From assembly GCA_963716725.1 (NCBI GenBank), contig CAVQUB010000005.1:608001-672000 (forward strand): DNA of 64,000 nt, read 5' to 3'. The translations under genes and the position numbers were made by a program. The stretch is from an uncultured delta proteobacterium (GTDB lineage: Bacteria > Myxococcota_A > Polyangia > Polyangiales > Polyangiaceae). Below, piece after piece: positions 19,244 to 28,483 of the stretch; position 1 is the stretch's first letter; the number at the start of each line of letters is the position of its first letter. The notes under the pieces were generated by a model. It was not told where the DNA came from, made no database searches, and saw only the letters and a list, made by a program, of their open reading frames with translations.

Positions 19244-19789
19244 ATGCGAAGCGTTCCGACCCTGACCCTGATGCTCGTGCTCTCGACCACGGCCTGCGAA
19301 GACAAGCAGAAGCCCGCGCTACCGCTCGTCGAGCCGCCGCCGTCAGCGGTGACGACGACGACTTCAGAGACGCCCGCCATCGCAGCGTATCCGCCCGGCA
19401 TGGCTCCCCCCGAAGACGCCGGCAGCGACGCGGCGCCGCCCGAGCCGAAGACCGGAGTGTGCGCGTTCAATGAGTCGGGCTACGACGGACAGGACACCAA
19501 GAGCAACGAGAAGCTGATCGTCAAGATCAAGGCCGACAAGATCGTCGCCGCCGAGTACAGCTATCGCGGCTCCTACGCGCTCGACGGCAAGAGCGACAAG
19601 CTCGACATCCCCGTGGTGCAGAACAAGTGGCTCTCCTTCGAGCTGCCGATGACGAGCGGCACCAAGACCTTCGAAGTGAAGATCAAGGACGACGTCATCG
19701 ACCTGAAGGGCGTGGCGGCCCAAGACGCCGATGGCGATTGTCAGTGGGAGAAACCCGAGCCCGACAAGGTCAAGAAAAAGAAGCAGTAG
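19244..19789 (+). CDS. Hypothetical lipoprotein
   Basis: Lipobox STTAC, Pro-rich linker, beta-rich domain, coding-like codon bias. Confidence 0.7.
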   Translation: MRSVPTLTLMLVLSTTACEDKQKPALPLVEPPPSAVTTTTSETPAIAAYPPGMAPPEDAGSDAAPPEPKTGVCAFNESGYDGQDTKSNEKLIVKIKADKIVAAEYSYRGSYALDGKSDKLDIPVVQNKWLSFELPMTSGTKTFEVKIKDDVIDLKGVAAQDADGDCQWEKPEPDKVKKKKQ

Positions 19790-19818
19790 CAGGCCTGGCC
19801 TTCGGCTATGTCTGGAGC

Positions 19819-20646
19819 ATGCTCCCGCGCAGAACCTTGCTGGCAGTCTCGGCGCTCTCGGTGCTGTCTGCGGCCTGCGAGGCCATCGGCCTCAAGGCCA
19901 CCATCGTCACCACCAAGACCCAGAACGGTCAGACCACGACCCGAGTTCGCGAAGCGAAGAACTGGGAAGAGTTCGAGCAAGCCATGGGCGAGGTTGCGAC
20001 CGACTTCAGCGATTTCGCCAAGCAGGTCGGCGCCACCACCCTCGAGCTCGCGAAGAAGCTGGTGGACGTGCCTCCGCAGGGCCAGGTGCAGCTCGGACAA
20101 CTGGCGGCCTCGCTGAAGCCTTACGAAGGGGACGTCCGCTACGACTACCTGAAGGTCGCGCGCATGAACCCCAACGCGAAGTACGACTTCAAGTACGTGC
20201 AGATCGGCATGCCCGAGTACGACAACTTCTTCCGCGCCTCGGCCGAGATGTACGCGACGGCCTACCAGCTGATGGAGACCGGGCGGCACGTGCACCTGGC
20301 CAGAGCCAAGGTGAAGGGCGAAGACCCGCCGTCGGACGTCGAGAAGGGGCAGCGCAAGATCAAGAAAAGCGAGATCTCGTCGGCGATATCGGAGCTCGAA
20401 GAGCGCGCCGGGGAGAGCTCGGCGAAGCTGACGACGCTCTGGCTCACGATGGCAGAGCTCGGCACGAAGCTCGGGGGAAAAGCCATCGAAACGGCCTCGG
20501 CAGGCGCGGCGCTGGTGGCCAGTGCTCCCGCTCAGATCTTGAACCCGAAGCTCGTGCTTCACCTGAAGCTGATCGTCAAAGGGCTCGATCAGAGCGTGAG
20601 CATGGTGAAAGACACCGGCAAGATCCTGGGCGAGATCGTGGGCTGA
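19819..20646 (+). CDS. Hypothetical lipoprotein, helical
   Basis: MLPRRTLLAVSALSVLSAAC signal/lipobox and strong codon bias. Confidence 0.7.
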   Translation: MLPRRTLLAVSALSVLSAACEAIGLKATIVTTKTQNGQTTTRVREAKNWEEFEQAMGEVATDFSDFAKQVGATTLELAKKLVDVPPQGQVQLGQLAASLKPYEGDVRYDYLKVARMNPNAKYDFKYVQIGMPEYDNFFRASAEMYATAYQLMETGRHVHLARAKVKGEDPPSDVEKGQRKIKKSEISSAISELEERAGESSAKLTTLWLTMAELGTKLGGKAIETASAGAALVASAPAQILNPKLVLHLKLIVKGLDQSVSMVKDTGKILGEIVG

Positions 20647-20648
20647 GC

Positions 20649-21317
20649 TCAGTCACGCGCGACGCGCTTCATGCAGTGCACGCAGCGGGTCGCCTCGGGG
20701 TGGATGAGGCCTCCGCAATGCGGACATGGGGTGCGGGGCGGATCCTGCGGCTCAGATGTGACCGGCGTGGCTTGGACCGGGGCAGGGGCCTCGGGCTTCG
20801 ACGACTCGGGCCCGCGCTCGGTGGGGATCGGTGCGGGAGCCGTTGGTGCGGGAGCCGTTGGTGCGGGAGCCGTTGGTGCGGGCGTCGGCGCGGCGACGGC
20901 CGCGACCTCGCCTTCGACCACTGGCGCTGCGGGCACCGCGGGGGCTGGCCGCGCCGCTGCTGCTGCTGCCCGCGCCTCGAGGGCCTCGAGCCGTTCGTCG
21001 ATGCGAGTCAAGAGCGGCACGCTGCGCGCGATGGTGCCGTGGAACACGCCCGTTGCCCACACCACGACGGCGATCAACAAGACGCCCAGCGCGATCAGCG
21101 AGAACCCGAGCCGGTCACTCGAGCGGTTCTGTCCGAGCGCTGCGAGCAAGCCGAGCACCGAGCCAAGCACACCGACGATGCCCAGGCCGCGGGTCAAGGT
21201 GCTGATCGCCGAGAGGTAACGCGCCATGCGACGCGCTTCGTGACGATCCTGGAAAGTCCCCGGAGGGGGATACCCGGAGGGGTGCAGTCCCTGTTGCGAG
21301 GTCGGGTCGAGCTGCAT
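20649..21317 (-). CDS. Two-TM membrane protein with Pro/Ala linker and C-terminal zinc ribbon
   Basis: Two hydrophobic segments, PAPTA repeats and a CPHCGGLIHPEATRCVHC ribbon. Confidence 0.7.
   Translation of the reverse strand: MQLDPTSQQGLHPSGYPPPGTFQDRHEARRMARYLSAISTLTRGLGIVGVLGSVLGLLAALGQNRSSDRLGFSLIALGVLLIAVVVWATGVFHGTIARSVPLLTRIDERLEALEARAAAAAARPAPAVPAAPVVEGEVAAVAAPTPAPTAPAPTAPAPTAPAPIPTERGPESSKPEAPAPVQATPVTSEPQDPPRTPCPHCGGLIHPEATRCVHCMKRVARD
20830..20882 (-). repeat. In-frame 15-bp tandem repeat, ~3.5 copies (TAPAP)
   Basis: ggtgcgggagccgtt at 20830, 20845 and 20860. Confidence 0.85.
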
Positions 21318-21388
21318 CGCGAGGGCAACTTACGCCGGCTGGCGTTCGGGGGATACGCGCGGGCCGCTTCCCCCGAGATCTGGGCCGA

Positions 21389-24376
21389 TCAGGGCGTAAG
21401 ATCCACCAACTCGACGCCGTAGGGGCCCTGGGGCATCACCAGCGTGTCGCCGATCACCGTCGAGGGGTAGCTCGAGTACCAATACGACTGGCTCTGCGTC
21501 GACACCGTGCTGATCGACGGCGCGGCCGGGTTCTTGGCGTCGATCACCATCACCCGAGTTGGCGCGCTGATCGCGATGGCGCGCGTGCCGTCCGAGATGA
21601 GCTCGTTGACGTAGCTGGACTCGTTGTCGGGGGGAACTTCGACGCTGCCCACCTGGATCTTGCCGGCGCCGAAGCCGCTCACGACCAGGACCTGCCTCGA
21701 GTTCGAGGGGATGGTGGTGGCGCTCATGAACAAGCGATCGGTCCCAGGCTCGATTTGAGACAGATAGAGCGTGTCGCCCAGCGGGTGGGTGTCGAGCACG
21801 CTGGCGGTCGCGCCGCCGAGCTGCACCAACGAGAGCGCGCGGTGGTAGCCGATGCACGTGCCGCCTTCGTCCCAGTATTCGCCGTACGACTGGTTCACGG
21901 GCACGAACTCGGCGGAATAGCCCCACTTCTCGTGGCAGGCCGAGTAGTCGAGCTTCTGCACCACCTTCTGGTAGGTGACGGTCAGCGCGCGCTTGCCGGT
22001 GACGTCGACGACGAGCAGCGAGCCCGGGACGTTGGTCGATGAGAGCTTGGGCGCGGCCGGGTTGGTCAGGCTCACGCGATCGACATAGAAGCGGACCTTC
22101 GAGGGATTCGTGGGCGAGGGTGCCCAGTGGCTGAACAGGGCGTCGCCTCCCGCCGCGACGAGCCCAGTGGCGCCGAGCGCGTTGGAGAACGGTAGCTTGG
22201 TGTGCTTCGGGCTCTTGGGATTCGAGAGATTGACGACGTCCAGGGAATACGAAAGGTTGTACTTCTGGTCAGCGGGCTTCCACTCGACCATGCGCCGCAG
22301 CGCGACCAGCGTGCTCCCGATCTGAACCGTGGGCTCGCCCGCGTCCAGGATGGTGGCCCCGCCGTAGTAGCCGGAATACCCGTAACCGTAGGGGGAGTTC
22401 GAGCCCAAGGCCGGGAGTGTCAGTTTGCCTTCGAGCACGGGCGCCCCGCTCGACACGTCGAACACCGCGATGCGCCGCTCGTCATGCCCAGCAACCACGT
22501 ACACCCGGCTGCCGTGCGCGAAGAGGTTGACGTTGTTGTAGCTCCAGTAGCCGTACCAGCACTTGGACTCCTCCGCCGAGCCCAGCACGGCCTCGATATT
22601 CACGGCGTTCGACCCTGGAGCGTCGATGGCCGAGAGCGGGACGACGTCCAACACCGTGCGAGACGTGTACCAGTCGGAGCCGATGCGAGCGACCTTGTCC
22701 CCGACCGCCACGACCTTGGTGACCACGGTGGCGAGCGCGAGGTTCGCCTTGGCCTTCGGCGCGTCTTGATTGGAGATGTCGAAGGTCTCGACCGCGACGT
22801 CGGAGATGGAGAAGAGCCGTGAGTCGTGCAGCAAGGCGCGCCGAGCGGTGCCTCGCGACGGAGCGGTGCCTCGCTTCGTCAGGTCGTCCTTGGTGAAGTT
22901 CACGATCTGGATGCCGCTGGTCCAGGTCCCGCAGCCGTAGCTCTGGGCCGAGTCGTAGCTCCAGCCGCTGAACGGCACGAAAATCAGGCCGAGCGAGTCG
23001 AGGATGGTAAAGGCCTTGTGGATTCGGTCTTGGTCCTCGGCGAAGTTGCCCCAGTCGCCGCCAAAGTCCACGCGATCGAGGAGCTTGGGCTGGGTGGCGT
23101 CGGCGACGTCGAAGAGCGAGACGTTGAGCGCGCCGCCCTTCTTGTCCGGGTCGAAACCCAAGCCGAGCAGCCGATCGCCGCGAGGTTCCAGGTGGTAGAC
23201 CCAACCGGGCATCACCAGCTCGCCGACCTGCTTCGGGGCTTTCGGGTCGGCCAGGTCGATGACAAACAGCGGATCAGTCTGGCGGAAGGTGATGGCGTAG
23301 CCGCGGTCTCCGTCGAAGCGCACGGAGCGCAGGCGCTCCGGCTCCGGCAGAACCATGGGCAGGCTGGCCAGCGGCTGGAGCTCTTGCGACGATACGACCT
23401 TGAAGGTCTGCACCACCGGCGAATCGGCCGTCGACCACCAGCCCGGCTGGCTGATCACTCGCAGCACACCGTCCTTCTCGTCCATCTGCCAGCGGCTCTC
23501 GATGCTGCCGGTGACCGGGACGCTGGCGCCCTTGAGCATCTTGCCCGACGGATCGGAGATGTCGACGATCTGAATCGTCGAGCCCTGCGCGCCGGACCCA
23601 TCGCGCCCGGCGACGTACAGGCGATCTTGAGTCGCCAGCACGCTACGCCGACCCCAACCGTAGTCAGCACCGCTGCTGTCGAACGCGAGCTCTCCGACCT
23701 TGGCGACCTTGGCCGGCACCTTCACGTCGAGCGAAAGCACGTTGGTGCGCTCGTTGGTGGCGCAGTTCCAGCACGAGCCGTTCTCGTAGGATACGACATA
23801 CAGAATGTTGCCGACGATGCGCGAGTCGCTGATCTGTCCCGGCAGGAGGAACTCGCCGAGCTTGGAGATCTTTGCCGGGTCCTTGACGTCGAGCGCAACG
23901 ACTGCGCTCGAGTGTACCCACTGCCACGAGTTGCCCGAGCCCACGTAGTGCCCGAACGACGAGTACATCGCGAAGGCGACGCCGTCCTTGACGTACATCT
24001 CGAAGGGCTCTCCCGAGAGCTCGAAGCGCCCCAGGAGCTTCAGTTGGTCCTTTACCGAGACATCGACCACGCTCAGCCCGCCGTACTTGGACAGGGCATA
24101 GAGGCGATTGCCTTGGAGCTGGATGATGTCGGCTTCTTCGATGGCTTTCTCGGCACCGCCGCTGCCCCCGCCACCGCCCGAACCGCCGGTAGCGGACCCG
24201 CCCGAGCCCCCGGCGGAGAGCCCGCCGCCGGTACCGTTGCCGTCGTAGCCCGCGCTCCCGAAACCGGGGGCGTCGGAGTCGAAGTAGCCCGAGGCGCCGA
24301 ACTCCTCGCCGTCGCTGCAGCCGAAGAACACGCCCGCAATCAATGCGCCCAATAGAAACAGCCATCGGGGGGTCAT
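21389..24376 (-). CDS. Secreted beta-propeller domain lipoprotein
   Basis: Lipobox FFGC, IEEADII, RWQMDE.DG.LRV and SVRFDGDRGYAITFRQTDPLFVIDLADP..PKQVGELVMPG motifs. Confidence 0.85.
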   Translation of the reverse strand: MTPRWLFLLGALIAGVFFGCSDGEEFGASGYFDSDAPGFGSAGYDGNGTGGGLSAGGSGGSATGGSGGGGGSGGAEKAIEEADIIQLQGNRLYALSKYGGLSVVDVSVKDQLKLLGRFELSGEPFEMYVKDGVAFAMYSSFGHYVGSGNSWQWVHSSAVVALDVKDPAKISKLGEFLLPGQISDSRIVGNILYVVSYENGSCWNCATNERTNVLSLDVKVPAKVAKVGELAFDSSGADYGWGRRSVLATQDRLYVAGRDGSGAQGSTIQIVDISDPSGKMLKGASVPVTGSIESRWQMDEKDGVLRVISQPGWWSTADSPVVQTFKVVSSQELQPLASLPMVLPEPERLRSVRFDGDRGYAITFRQTDPLFVIDLADPKAPKQVGELVMPGWVYHLEPRGDRLLGLGFDPDKKGGALNVSLFDVADATQPKLLDRVDFGGDWGNFAEDQDRIHKAFTILDSLGLIFVPFSGWSYDSAQSYGCGTWTSGIQIVNFTKDDLTKRGTAPSRGTARRALLHDSRLFSISDVAVETFDISNQDAPKAKANLALATVVTKVVAVGDKVARIGSDWYTSRTVLDVVPLSAIDAPGSNAVNIEAVLGSAEESKCWYGYWSYNNVNLFAHGSRVYVVAGHDERRIAVFDVSSGAPVLEGKLTLPALGSNSPYGYGYSGYYGGATILDAGEPTVQIGSTLVALRRMVEWKPADQKYNLSYSLDVVNLSNPKSPKHTKLPFSNALGATGLVAAGGDALFSHWAPSPTNPSKVRFYVDRVSLTNPAAPKLSSTNVPGSLLVVDVTGKRALTVTYQKVVQKLDYSACHEKWGYSAEFVPVNQSYGEYWDEGGTCIGYHRALSLVQLGGATASVLDTHPLGDTLYLSQIEPGTDRLFMSATTIPSNSRQVLVVSGFGAGKIQVGSVEVPPDNESSYVNELISDGTRAIAISAPTRVMVIDAKNPAAPSISTVSTQSQSYWYSSYPSTVIGDTLVMPQGPYGVELVDLTP

Positions 24377-24447
24377 GACGGGTGGCACTAGCAACCTGCG
24401 TGCCCGGCTCGCGTGCCAGGGTGTGCCAGCCCGGGCCCGCGTCGGCG

Positions 24448-25938
24448 TCACAGAACGAAGCGTGAAGCTCGCCCGGCGTCCAGGTTGGTGATGGTCACCG
24501 CGATCACGCCGGCGGCGTCGACTTCGTAACGCTCTTCGACCAGGGGTCCCTCGGAGGTGAGTCGGTTCACCGGCGCCACGGGCAGCGCGTCGGCGTCGAG
24601 CTGGCTGGCAAAGGGGAAGAACACGTCGGCGTGTGGGGTGAGATCGCCCGTGGGGTCACCGCGGTCGTCGACGTGCGCCGACTCGACGAAGCGAAAGTGC
24701 CCGATATCGTGGGCGGCGCGGTAGCGGCGCAGGGCCACGATCGGGTCGGCTCCCTGGGTCGGCATCGGAGTGCCTTTGGTGAACACGGGATCGAAGACCG
24801 ACCGCTGCCCGCGTTCCGCTTCGCGAAAGACTCCGAAGTGTCTGGAGAGGCGCTCACTCAGGCCGAGCGGCTCGGCGCGCTGGTCGTTTGCGGCCAAGAT
24901 CGCGCAGCCGATGGCCGTTGCGGCGGCGGGATGCGGCGAGCGGTGCACGCGGCGACCGAAACGCTCGCGCACCACCCGGTGCACGATGGGCAGCCCGCTG
25001 GCGCCGCCCACCATGTAAATGCCGGCGAGGTCACCGCCGACCTCGTCTCGTGTCAGGGCGTCGACGATGGGGTCGAGGGCCGCGAGCGTCGTCTCGACCA
25101 ACGGGCGGACGCGTTCGTAGTACTCCGCGACGGGGATCACGACCGGATCGGCGGCGCCGAGGTCGACCACGATCTTCTTGGTGTTGGCGTGGATCGACTC
25201 CTTGACGTTGCGACATTCCGCGAGCAAAGCGGGCAGTGCCGGCGAGGCCTTGCCCGAACGCTCGAGGGCGAGGGCGAGCAGTGCGTGATCGAAGTCGTCG
25301 CCTCCCAGCGCTGAGATGCCCGCGGTGAGCGCGACGTCATGATGGCCGCCGGCAATGCGGACCAGCGCTGCGTCGAAGGTACCCCCGCCGAGGTCGTACA
25401 CGATCACGTGTTCGCGGCGCGACGAGAGCGTGTTTGCGTGCCGATGGGCGTATTCGATGCCCGCCGCCGAAGGCTCGTTGATCACCGCGCGCACCGTGAA
25501 TCCGGAGCGCCGAAACGCGTCCAGCGTCACGAAACGCTGGGTCGAATGCGCGTTGGCCGGCACGCTGACCACGACCTCGAGGGGCTCGTGGAGCAGCGAC
25601 GCGATGTTCGACTGCGTGAACAACTCATGGCGAAGTGCCGACAGGAATCCCGTCACGAGCTCTGCGGGGCAGACACTGACCGATCCGATCTGGATCGCGG
25701 CGTCTTGGCGCGTGTTCGCCAGGAGCCGCTTCCACGAGCGCAGGCTGGGGGCGCCGTCGCGCTCGGCACTCTCGGCCTCGAGCCCGTGCACCAGCCGTCC
25801 GCCAACCTCGGCGCTGATGGTCGGAAAATGCTCCACCAGATCGCCGTCCGGAGTCGTGAAGGCGACGTTGGGGTAGTTGCCACGGTCGTGAAAGGCCACG
25901 AGGGTCCGAGTCGTGCCGAGATCGATGCCCAAGCGCAT
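24448..25938 (-). CDS. Short atypical Hsp70/DnaK-like protein
   Basis: GIDLGTT, VSVPANAH, INEPSAAG, VYDLGGGTFD and MVGGAS motifs. About 496 aa, with no lid region. Confidence 0.88.
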   Translation of the reverse strand: MRLGIDLGTTRTLVAFHDRGNYPNVAFTTPDGDLVEHFPTISAEVGGRLVHGLEAESAERDGAPSLRSWKRLLANTRQDAAIQIGSVSVCPAELVTGFLSALRHELFTQSNIASLLHEPLEVVVSVPANAHSTQRFVTLDAFRRSGFTVRAVINEPSAAGIEYAHRHANTLSSRREHVIVYDLGGGTFDAALVRIAGGHHDVALTAGISALGGDDFDHALLALALERSGKASPALPALLAECRNVKESIHANTKKIVVDLGAADPVVIPVAEYYERVRPLVETTLAALDPIVDALTRDEVGGDLAGIYMVGGASGLPIVHRVVRERFGRRVHRSPHPAAATAIGCAILAANDQRAEPLGLSERLSRHFGVFREAERGQRSVFDPVFTKGTPMPTQGADPIVALRRYRAAHDIGHFRFVESAHVDDRGDPTGDLTPHADVFFPFASQLDADALPVAPVNRLTSEGPLVEERYEVDAAGVIAVTITNLDAGRASRFVL

Positions 25939-25990
25939 GCGGGCGGAAGATACCTCGACTCGGCGCCTCGGGAAGGTAGGCTCGCGCCCA

Positions 25991-26734
25991 ATGGTCCGTT
26001 TCAGGGGTAAGGTCGCGCTGGTCACGGGCGCCTCCACGGGCATCGGCCGGGCTATCGCGACGATGCTCGCCGAAAGCGGCATGCGCCTGGCGGTGTGCGC
26101 GCGGCGCCTCGACCGCCTGGAGCAGGTCGCGGCGGAGGTGCCCGGCGCCGAGTGGCTGTGCCGGGCGACGGAGCTCCGCGACGAGGCCAGCATCCTCCAG
26201 CTCTTCGGCGCCGTGCGTGAACGTTGGGGGGGAGTGGACGTGCTGGTCAACAACGCCGGGCTCGGCCACGACTCGCCGCTGATGAGCGGGAGCACCGATC
26301 ACTGGCGCGAGACCCTAGAGGTCAACGTGCTCGCGCTCTCGGTGTGCACCCGCGAAGCCGTCGCCGACATGCGCCGCCGCGGCGACGACGGTCACGTGGT
26401 GCACGTCTCGAGCATGGCTGCGCACCGAGTCCCGCCTGGCAGCGGCATGTACTCCGCGTCGAAGTACGCCGTGCGTGCCTTGACCGAGGCGCTCCGGCAA
26501 GAGCTCCGGGCAGCCGGGAGTCAGATCCGAGTCGGCGCAGTGAGCCCGGGTTTCGTGGAGACCGAGTTCGCCGCGCGCTACTCGAAGAGCGACGAAGCGG
26601 CCCGGGAGACCTACGGGCAATTCAAGGTCCTCGAGCCCGGCGACGTTGCCGAGGCCGTGAAGTACCTCTTGTCCACCCCCCAGCATGTACAAGTCCACGA
26701 CATCCTGATGCGGCCGCGCGATCAGCCGACCTGA
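25991..26734 (+). CDS. Short-chain dehydrogenase/reductase, DHRS11/YdfG-like
   Basis: TGASTGIG, NNAG and YSASK motifs. Confidence 0.92.
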   Translation: MVRFRGKVALVTGASTGIGRAIATMLAESGMRLAVCARRLDRLEQVAAEVPGAEWLCRATELRDEASILQLFGAVRERWGGVDVLVNNAGLGHDSPLMSGSTDHWRETLEVNVLALSVCTREAVADMRRRGDDGHVVHVSSMAAHRVPPGSGMYSASKYAVRALTEALRQELRAAGSQIRVGAVSPGFVETEFAARYSKSDEAARETYGQFKVLEPGDVAEAVKYLLSTPQHVQVHDILMRPRDQPT

Positions 26735-26776
26735 CCGCCCGGCGCCGTGATATTCCCGGAGCAGGAGGGTTCCCCC

Positions 26777-27145
26777 ATGAAGGTCTCGCGTCTCGTTCTC
26801 GCTCCGCTCCCGGTAGTCGTCGTCGCGCTGGCGCTATTGGCCTGCAAGAAAGCAGGTGGCAGTACGGCTGAGGTCAAGGGCAGTTGTGACATGCGAAGCG
26901 CCGCGAGCGGCAGCAGCTCGATCTGCATCGACTTTCATACCGAGCCCAACGAGAAGGTGAAGTCCATCTGCTCGCCCGCGAGCGGCTACGTGCTCTCGAC
27001 GGCGCGCTGCGACACGTCGACGGCGCTCGGTGGGTGCCAGAAGGGCAAGCTCACCAACTGGTACTACAGCTCCAGCAAGCACACGTCGGCGGACGATGTG
27101 AAGAGCGAGTGCTCCGACAGCTTCGTGGCGCCCGGCGCGAAGTAG
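26777..27145 (+). CDS. Small Cys-rich lipoprotein
   Basis: Lipobox LLAC, six further Cys, GGAGG RBS. Confidence 0.7.
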   Translation: MKVSRLVLAPLPVVVVALALLACKKAGGSTAEVKGSCDMRSAASGSSSICIDFHTEPNEKVKSICSPASGYVLSTARCDTSTALGGCQKGKLTNWYYSSSKHTSADDVKSECSDSFVAPGAK

Positions 27146-27241
27146 TCGCAGCGCACCCACGGCCGTTGCCGGCCGATTTCCTTCAGATTTGCTGATAGTC
27201 CGCGGGCGTCGTGCTAGAGGACGCGGGTGGCTGCACGACGA

Positions 27242-27622
27242 ATGAACCGGCCGCTCAGCGAAGCGGCGCAACGGGCTGCGGAGCGGCGGCAGCGGGAAGA
27301 CGAATCCCCTCGCATTCACGAGGTCTTGCCCCGGCTCGCGAGCTTGCGGCTCGAGATCGACGAGAGAACCGCGGGTGGAGGCCAGGCCGGCGCGTCTCAC
27401 ATCCGGCGCATCGTAGTCGAGCACGCCCCGGCGTTGTTCTTGGTGGCTTGCGGTGACTCGGCCTGTCGCGACGGCGGCCACGACATCACCACCTCGGTGA
27501 TGGGGGCCCTGCGACGCGGCGAGACCCGATTCGAGGGGGACGATGCCTGTCACGGGGCCCTCGGACCCGGCCACTGCTCGCGGACGCTGCACTGGACTGG
27601 CGTGGCCACCTTCAACGCGTGA
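27242..27622 (+). CDS. Small hypothetical protein with possible Cys/His metal site
   Basis: CGDSAC..GGHD...C.G......C pattern. Confidence 0.6.
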   Translation: MNRPLSEAAQRAAERRQREDESPRIHEVLPRLASLRLEIDERTAGGGQAGASHIRRIVVEHAPALFLVACGDSACRDGGHDITTSVMGALRRGETRFEGDDACHGALGPGHCSRTLHWTGVATFNA

Positions 27623-28424
27623 TTTCGAGCTCGCTCTCGAGCTTCTTCACCATCAGCCGCTCGTAGAGCCGCGGAGCCACCCGCGACAGCACGAACGCGA
27701 GCTTGCCCACTGGGGTGTGGACCAGCAGGCGTCGGCGTCGGCGTGCTGCGTCGAAGATGGCGCCCGCGACGTCATCGGGAGAGGCCTCCACGCCCACCCG
27801 CGAGCGCCCGCGGGTCACGCGGCCGCCGATGCCATCGAAGGCGCGCTGCTCGAAGGCCGAGCGCGTGAACGACGGGCAGACCATCAGCACGTCGACGCCC
27901 TCGCCTCCGAGCTCGGAGCGCAGCGACTCGAACAAGCCGTGCAGGGCGTGCTTGCTCGCCGAGTAGCCGCTGCGGCCGTAGAGCGGCGCGACACCGGCCA
28001 CACTGGACACGACGATCACCAGCCCCTGGCTGGCGACGAGCGGCTCGATCAGCGCCTTGGTAACCTGAAGCGAGCCGAAATAGTTCACCTCCATCACACG
28101 TCGAAATACCTCGACCGAGGTGTCTCGGAACGCGGAGCGATGCACGACGCCGGCGTTGTTGACCAATACATCGACTCGACCGAAGCGTTCCAGTGCCGAG
28201 CGAGCGGCCAGTTCGCAGTCGTCCAGGCTGGTGATGTCGCAGCGCTGGGTGAGCACTGCGGCGGGAGAAAGCAAGCCGGCCGTCTGCTCGAGACCGGCCG
28301 CGTCGACGTCGAGCGCGACGATGCACGCTCCCGCTTTGGAGAAGCGCTGGGCGATGGCGCGGCCGATGCCGCCGGCGGCACCGGTGATCACGACCACGCT
28401 TCCGTTGAAGTTGCGGGGGAGCAT
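27612..28424 (-). CDS. Short-chain dehydrogenase/reductase, DHRS7-like
   Basis: TGAAGGIG, NNAG and YSASKHAL motifs. Confidence 0.92.
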   Translation of the reverse strand: MLPRNFNGSVVVITGAAGGIGRAIAQRFSKAGACIVALDVDAAGLEQTAGLLSPAAVLTQRCDITSLDDCELAARSALERFGRVDVLVNNAGVVHRSAFRDTSVEVFRRVMEVNYFGSLQVTKALIEPLVASQGLVIVVSSVAGVAPLYGRSGYSASKHALHGLFESLRSELGGEGVDVLMVCPSFTRSAFEQRAFDGIGGRVTRGRSRVGVEASPDDVAGAIFDAARRRRRLLVHTPVGKLAFVLSRVAPRLYERLMVKKLESELEITR

Positions 28425-28483
28425 GGTTCGCATCGGGCGCTGCACGATAGCCTCGGTCCCCGGCCTTCCGCTAGGCTCGCGCG

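Noticed and set aside
24448..26295. 615-aa Hsp70 with an N-terminal extension
   Set aside because: The extension is antisense to the SDR gene. The Hsp70 motif begins at MRLGIDLG (25938).
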